Both the position numbers and the translations under genes were made by a program. From Octopus bimaculoides (lineage: Eukaryota), in contig NC_068982.1 in the NCBI RefSeq assembly GCF_001194135.2, positions 132,693,865-132,731,964 of the forward strand: a DNA stretch of 38,100 nucleotides. The letters are read 5' to 3'. The notes beneath the pieces are model-generated. The model saw only the letters and a program-made list of their open reading frames with translations. It ran no database searches and had not been told where the DNA came from. Below, piece by piece: positions 1 to 38,100 of this stretch (its first letter is position 1; every line of letters begins with the position of its first letter).

Positions 1-429
1 ATCAAATTTCATCAGAACACAAAACAAAAATATATTAAGAATTGTTCCATGTGTTTATTTCATAAAGAATGATGCTCAATTTATATTGAAGGAAGGTTTC
101 AGTAGTAACCCAATGACCGACACAGGGTTACAGATTGTTATAAATAGATTCTTGCATAAAGAAATTTAAAATACTATGACTTCACTGTCACTTAATATTT
201 AATATTCAAAAGAGCAATGAATTAGCAGAAACAATAGATTGTCAGAAAGAAATTCTGATAAGGATATGGGCATATTGTTAAGATTTCCAGACTGAGTTCA
301 AAACCTTATAGCCAAATGGATACATGGTTAAGAAGCTGATTTGTAGTCACATAATTCCAAATTCATTTAAGCTGATTCTCTTACTAACTGAGTTAGTGCT
401 TGTTTCCATTATTTTCATAACCTAATCTA

Positions 430-510
430 TCTGTTTGATGCCTCTGTAGTCGCTTCTTACCAAAACATCTCCTTTGTCATTGTACCAGTTGATAACTATA
501 CAGCTATACC
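430..510 (-). mobile_element. RTE-clade LINE fragment
   Basis: Minus strand resembles the RTE motif IVxxYKGKGDxLxRSNYRGIKL (seen as DKGDVLVRSDYRGIKQI). Confidence 0.5.
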
Positions 511-629
511 AGTTACTGGGTATGACACCTCCCTTTATAACCTGGTTGATTATATAAGTGACTAGCTTGAGTCATACTTCAATAGGCAGGGTGTGACTAG
601 CTTGAGCCATACTTCACCAGGCAGGGTCT

Positions 630-1245
630 CTATATGGTGTACATGATGAGAACTATGGATGCAAAAATGTGTACTGGATTCACAGGCAGATTGGCAGTGA
701 ATAAACTCTTTGTATGTGGCCTGCCTACATTCAAGAGTGGTTAGTAGTCATAGCAATAACAAAATAAATTCTTTTCAATGCTTGAAAGCCTCTAGAGATA
801 GCTTCTATTACCTAGGAAATCTTATCAGCAGTGAAGAAGGGTGCTCTGAAAGTATAGTACCCAAAATGGGAACAAAGGGGAAAATTTTCAAGAAGTTGTT
901 ATCTTCTGGCAAAGAGTAGATTGTATATTGCTTGTGTATGAAATAAAATATTGCATGGTAGAAAGATATGGGCATTTAACACAGAAGATGTGCAAAGATT
1001 TATAGAAAAAAAAGCAAGCATGCTCCACTGTATGTGTAATGTTAGTATGCATGAACAACATGGTACAGTAGAGTTGAGAGATAAACTAGCTATAAAAAGA
1101 AGATCTTGTAATGTGAAAGAACTGTGTTGGTACAGACATGCATATGGAGGATAACAGATGATCTTTTTATGAAGAAGATGATGACAAAGGAAAGTAAGAA
1201 ATGGTGAGATGCAATTAATGGTATTCAAAAAGATCTATCCAATCC
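630..1245 (+). mobile_element. RTE-clade LINE 3' part of RT ORF, decayed
   Basis: ORFs 710-919 and 951-1154 give FYYLGNLISSEEGCSES, LHGRKIW, SMLHCMCNVS and ELRDKLAI, matching the RTE thumb/C-terminal region; same family as 20810-21650. Confidence 0.75.
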
Positions 1246-1319
1246 AAACATGTACAATAATATGTATGCGTGTGTGTGTGTGTGTGTGTGTATTATGTAT
1301 ACTGATGCAAACTAGATGT

Positions 1320-1495
1320 GTCAAGTTGTGTCCCGTTATTTCAAAAGTTAACTGAGCTGTGTGATGAAAAGAGATCAATAAAATAGCTACTAAATTGAAA
1401 ATAATTTCTGGATTCAGTGTAGTTGCCTAAAACCTTTGAAGGCAGTGCCCCAGACTGACTGCAATTTATTTACAGAAACTAGTAAAAGAATAACA
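1320..1495 (+). mobile_element. Decayed SINE 3' part
   Basis: ctttgaaggcagtgccccag...gaaactagtaaaagaataa matches the SINE tail seen reversed at 2806 and 23780. Confidence 0.55.
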
Positions 1496-1830
1496 GATGA
1501 AAAAGAAGACTTAATGTCACCTGGATTATGCCCTTGGGTATCCTTAGCAGAGTTCATTCTGTTGAAAGCATTCAGGGTAAGTCTCTGAATATAAATTTCC
1601 TTTCAGCAACCTTTTAAAAGGTCTTGCATGCTATTTTTCCTTAATTAATAAAAGACATCTCTAGAAGTTCTATAAAATAGACCATGCAATACACTAGTAT
1701 CATTTCTGCTAACTATATTCCTCTTTTCCAAAAACCAAGCTACATACCTGGTCAGAAGGAAACACCATTTAAAAATTAATAGCGTAAAAATTAAAAACAA
1801 TCAAAATATAATTAATAAATATAAACAAAC

Positions 1831-37239
<35,409 letters not shown>

Positions 37240-37523
37240 CTGAATTTAAAAAACAGATACTCAAATATTATAATTCCATAAAATTTCGAAGACATGAATT
37301 CTACTTTTACATTGCAAAAAAGCATGCATAGGATGACTCAACACTTTTGCAATCATTTGTATGAACTCATTACAAAATACACTGTTGATTCTTATTTTAT
37401 CACTGATGCTGATAGTATAGAAAATAAGACAAATTTACAAATTGAATTTGAATAATATATATTTCACAAGCAAAATATCTAGTTAGAAAATCTCTATTAG
37501 AGATGCAAGTAGTAACTATACTA

Positions 37524-37654
37524 AGAAGTAATGTTTGTCGCCACTTCAACATGGCTGTTCCACACAAGGAAGGCTTCCTCTTGAGGTTAAAAATAGTAGT
37601 AACACCAGTTCATACAGAAAAAATCATGTTGAAGTAGCAACAAATATTACTTCT
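37524..37654. repeat. 30-bp inverted repeat with a 71-nt spacer (MITE-like)
   Basis: agaagtaatgtttgtcgccacttcaacatg matches the reverse complement of 37625-37654 at 27/30. Confidence 0.8.
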
Positions 37655-37804
37655 CAATATATATTTAGTTGTATTTTGGGAGAGTCAATACACGAATAAG
37701 AACAACATATGCATAGGTTTAATTCCACTTCTTTATTCTTAGTCAATTGGTTAAATGTCTAACTATTTCACTAACTGAATGCTTGTTTAATGTATTCGTT
37801 AAAC

Positions 37805-37939
37805 CAGTGGTTCCCAAACTGAGCAGTACCAACCTCCTGCAGGAGTAGAAAGATCCAAGGGAACATTGAAGGAAAGGAGAAATGGATGGCAATGCTCCAG
37901 TCTATTTTTCAATGATACACTCAAGTTTAGAAAACAGTG
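37805..37939. mobile_element. Possible hAT/Charlie-type MITE remnant
   Basis: Left end CAGTGGTTCCCAAAC is a Charlie-type TIR; the right end gtttagaaaacagtg matches only 11/15; no clear 8-bp TSD. Confidence 0.4.
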
Positions 37940-38100
37940 TTTAAAAATCTACAAGCAACAACAGAACAAAAATGAAAAAAAACCAAGAGTTTTCTAACAA
38001 AACTGATCATTAATTTTCCAGAAAGACGCAAACAAATGATATTTATCAAAAACAATGGCAACAGTGAGATGAAAAGAATATATATATATATATATATATA

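Noticed and set aside
1768-1830. Read-through past the exon M donor gives a hydrophobic tail GLFIFINYILIVFNFYAINF-stop, like a membrane anchor
   Set aside because: T-rich intron sequence routinely encodes F/L/I; there is no independent support.

Overview
AT-rich (about one-third GC), repeat-dense eukaryotic intronic DNA with five N gaps. The SINE/LINE content and (AT)n/(ATGT)n density point to a coleoid cephalopod, probably Octopus (inference). The one real gene is a multi-exon cadherin on the minus strand. I rebuilt 13 GT-AG exons between 37239 and 1831 (1642 nt, 547 codons) with consistent phases and no stops. They encode about six extracellular cadherin repeats (DxNDNxPxF, AxDxD and LDYE/LDRE motifs; 11 N-glycosylation sequons) of the CDHR1/CDHR2/CDH23/Cad87A type, and the gene continues beyond both window ends. 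One exon is a 12-nt microexon (PAGQ), and one linker exon is missing, probably in an N gap. Introns hold decayed R4/Dong, RTE (with a PHD-like finger inside the RT ORF), CR1, Hero and Penelope retroelements. They also hold a Gypsy gag remnant, a near full-length DD37D maT transposon, tRNA-derived SINEs, MITE-like inverted repeats, degenerate hammerhead-like motifs and a GC-rich LTR-like block with a 28-bp tandem array. Most listed ORFs are microsatellite, N-gap or antisense artefacts. TE boundaries are approximate and were assigned by motif recognition, not database search.
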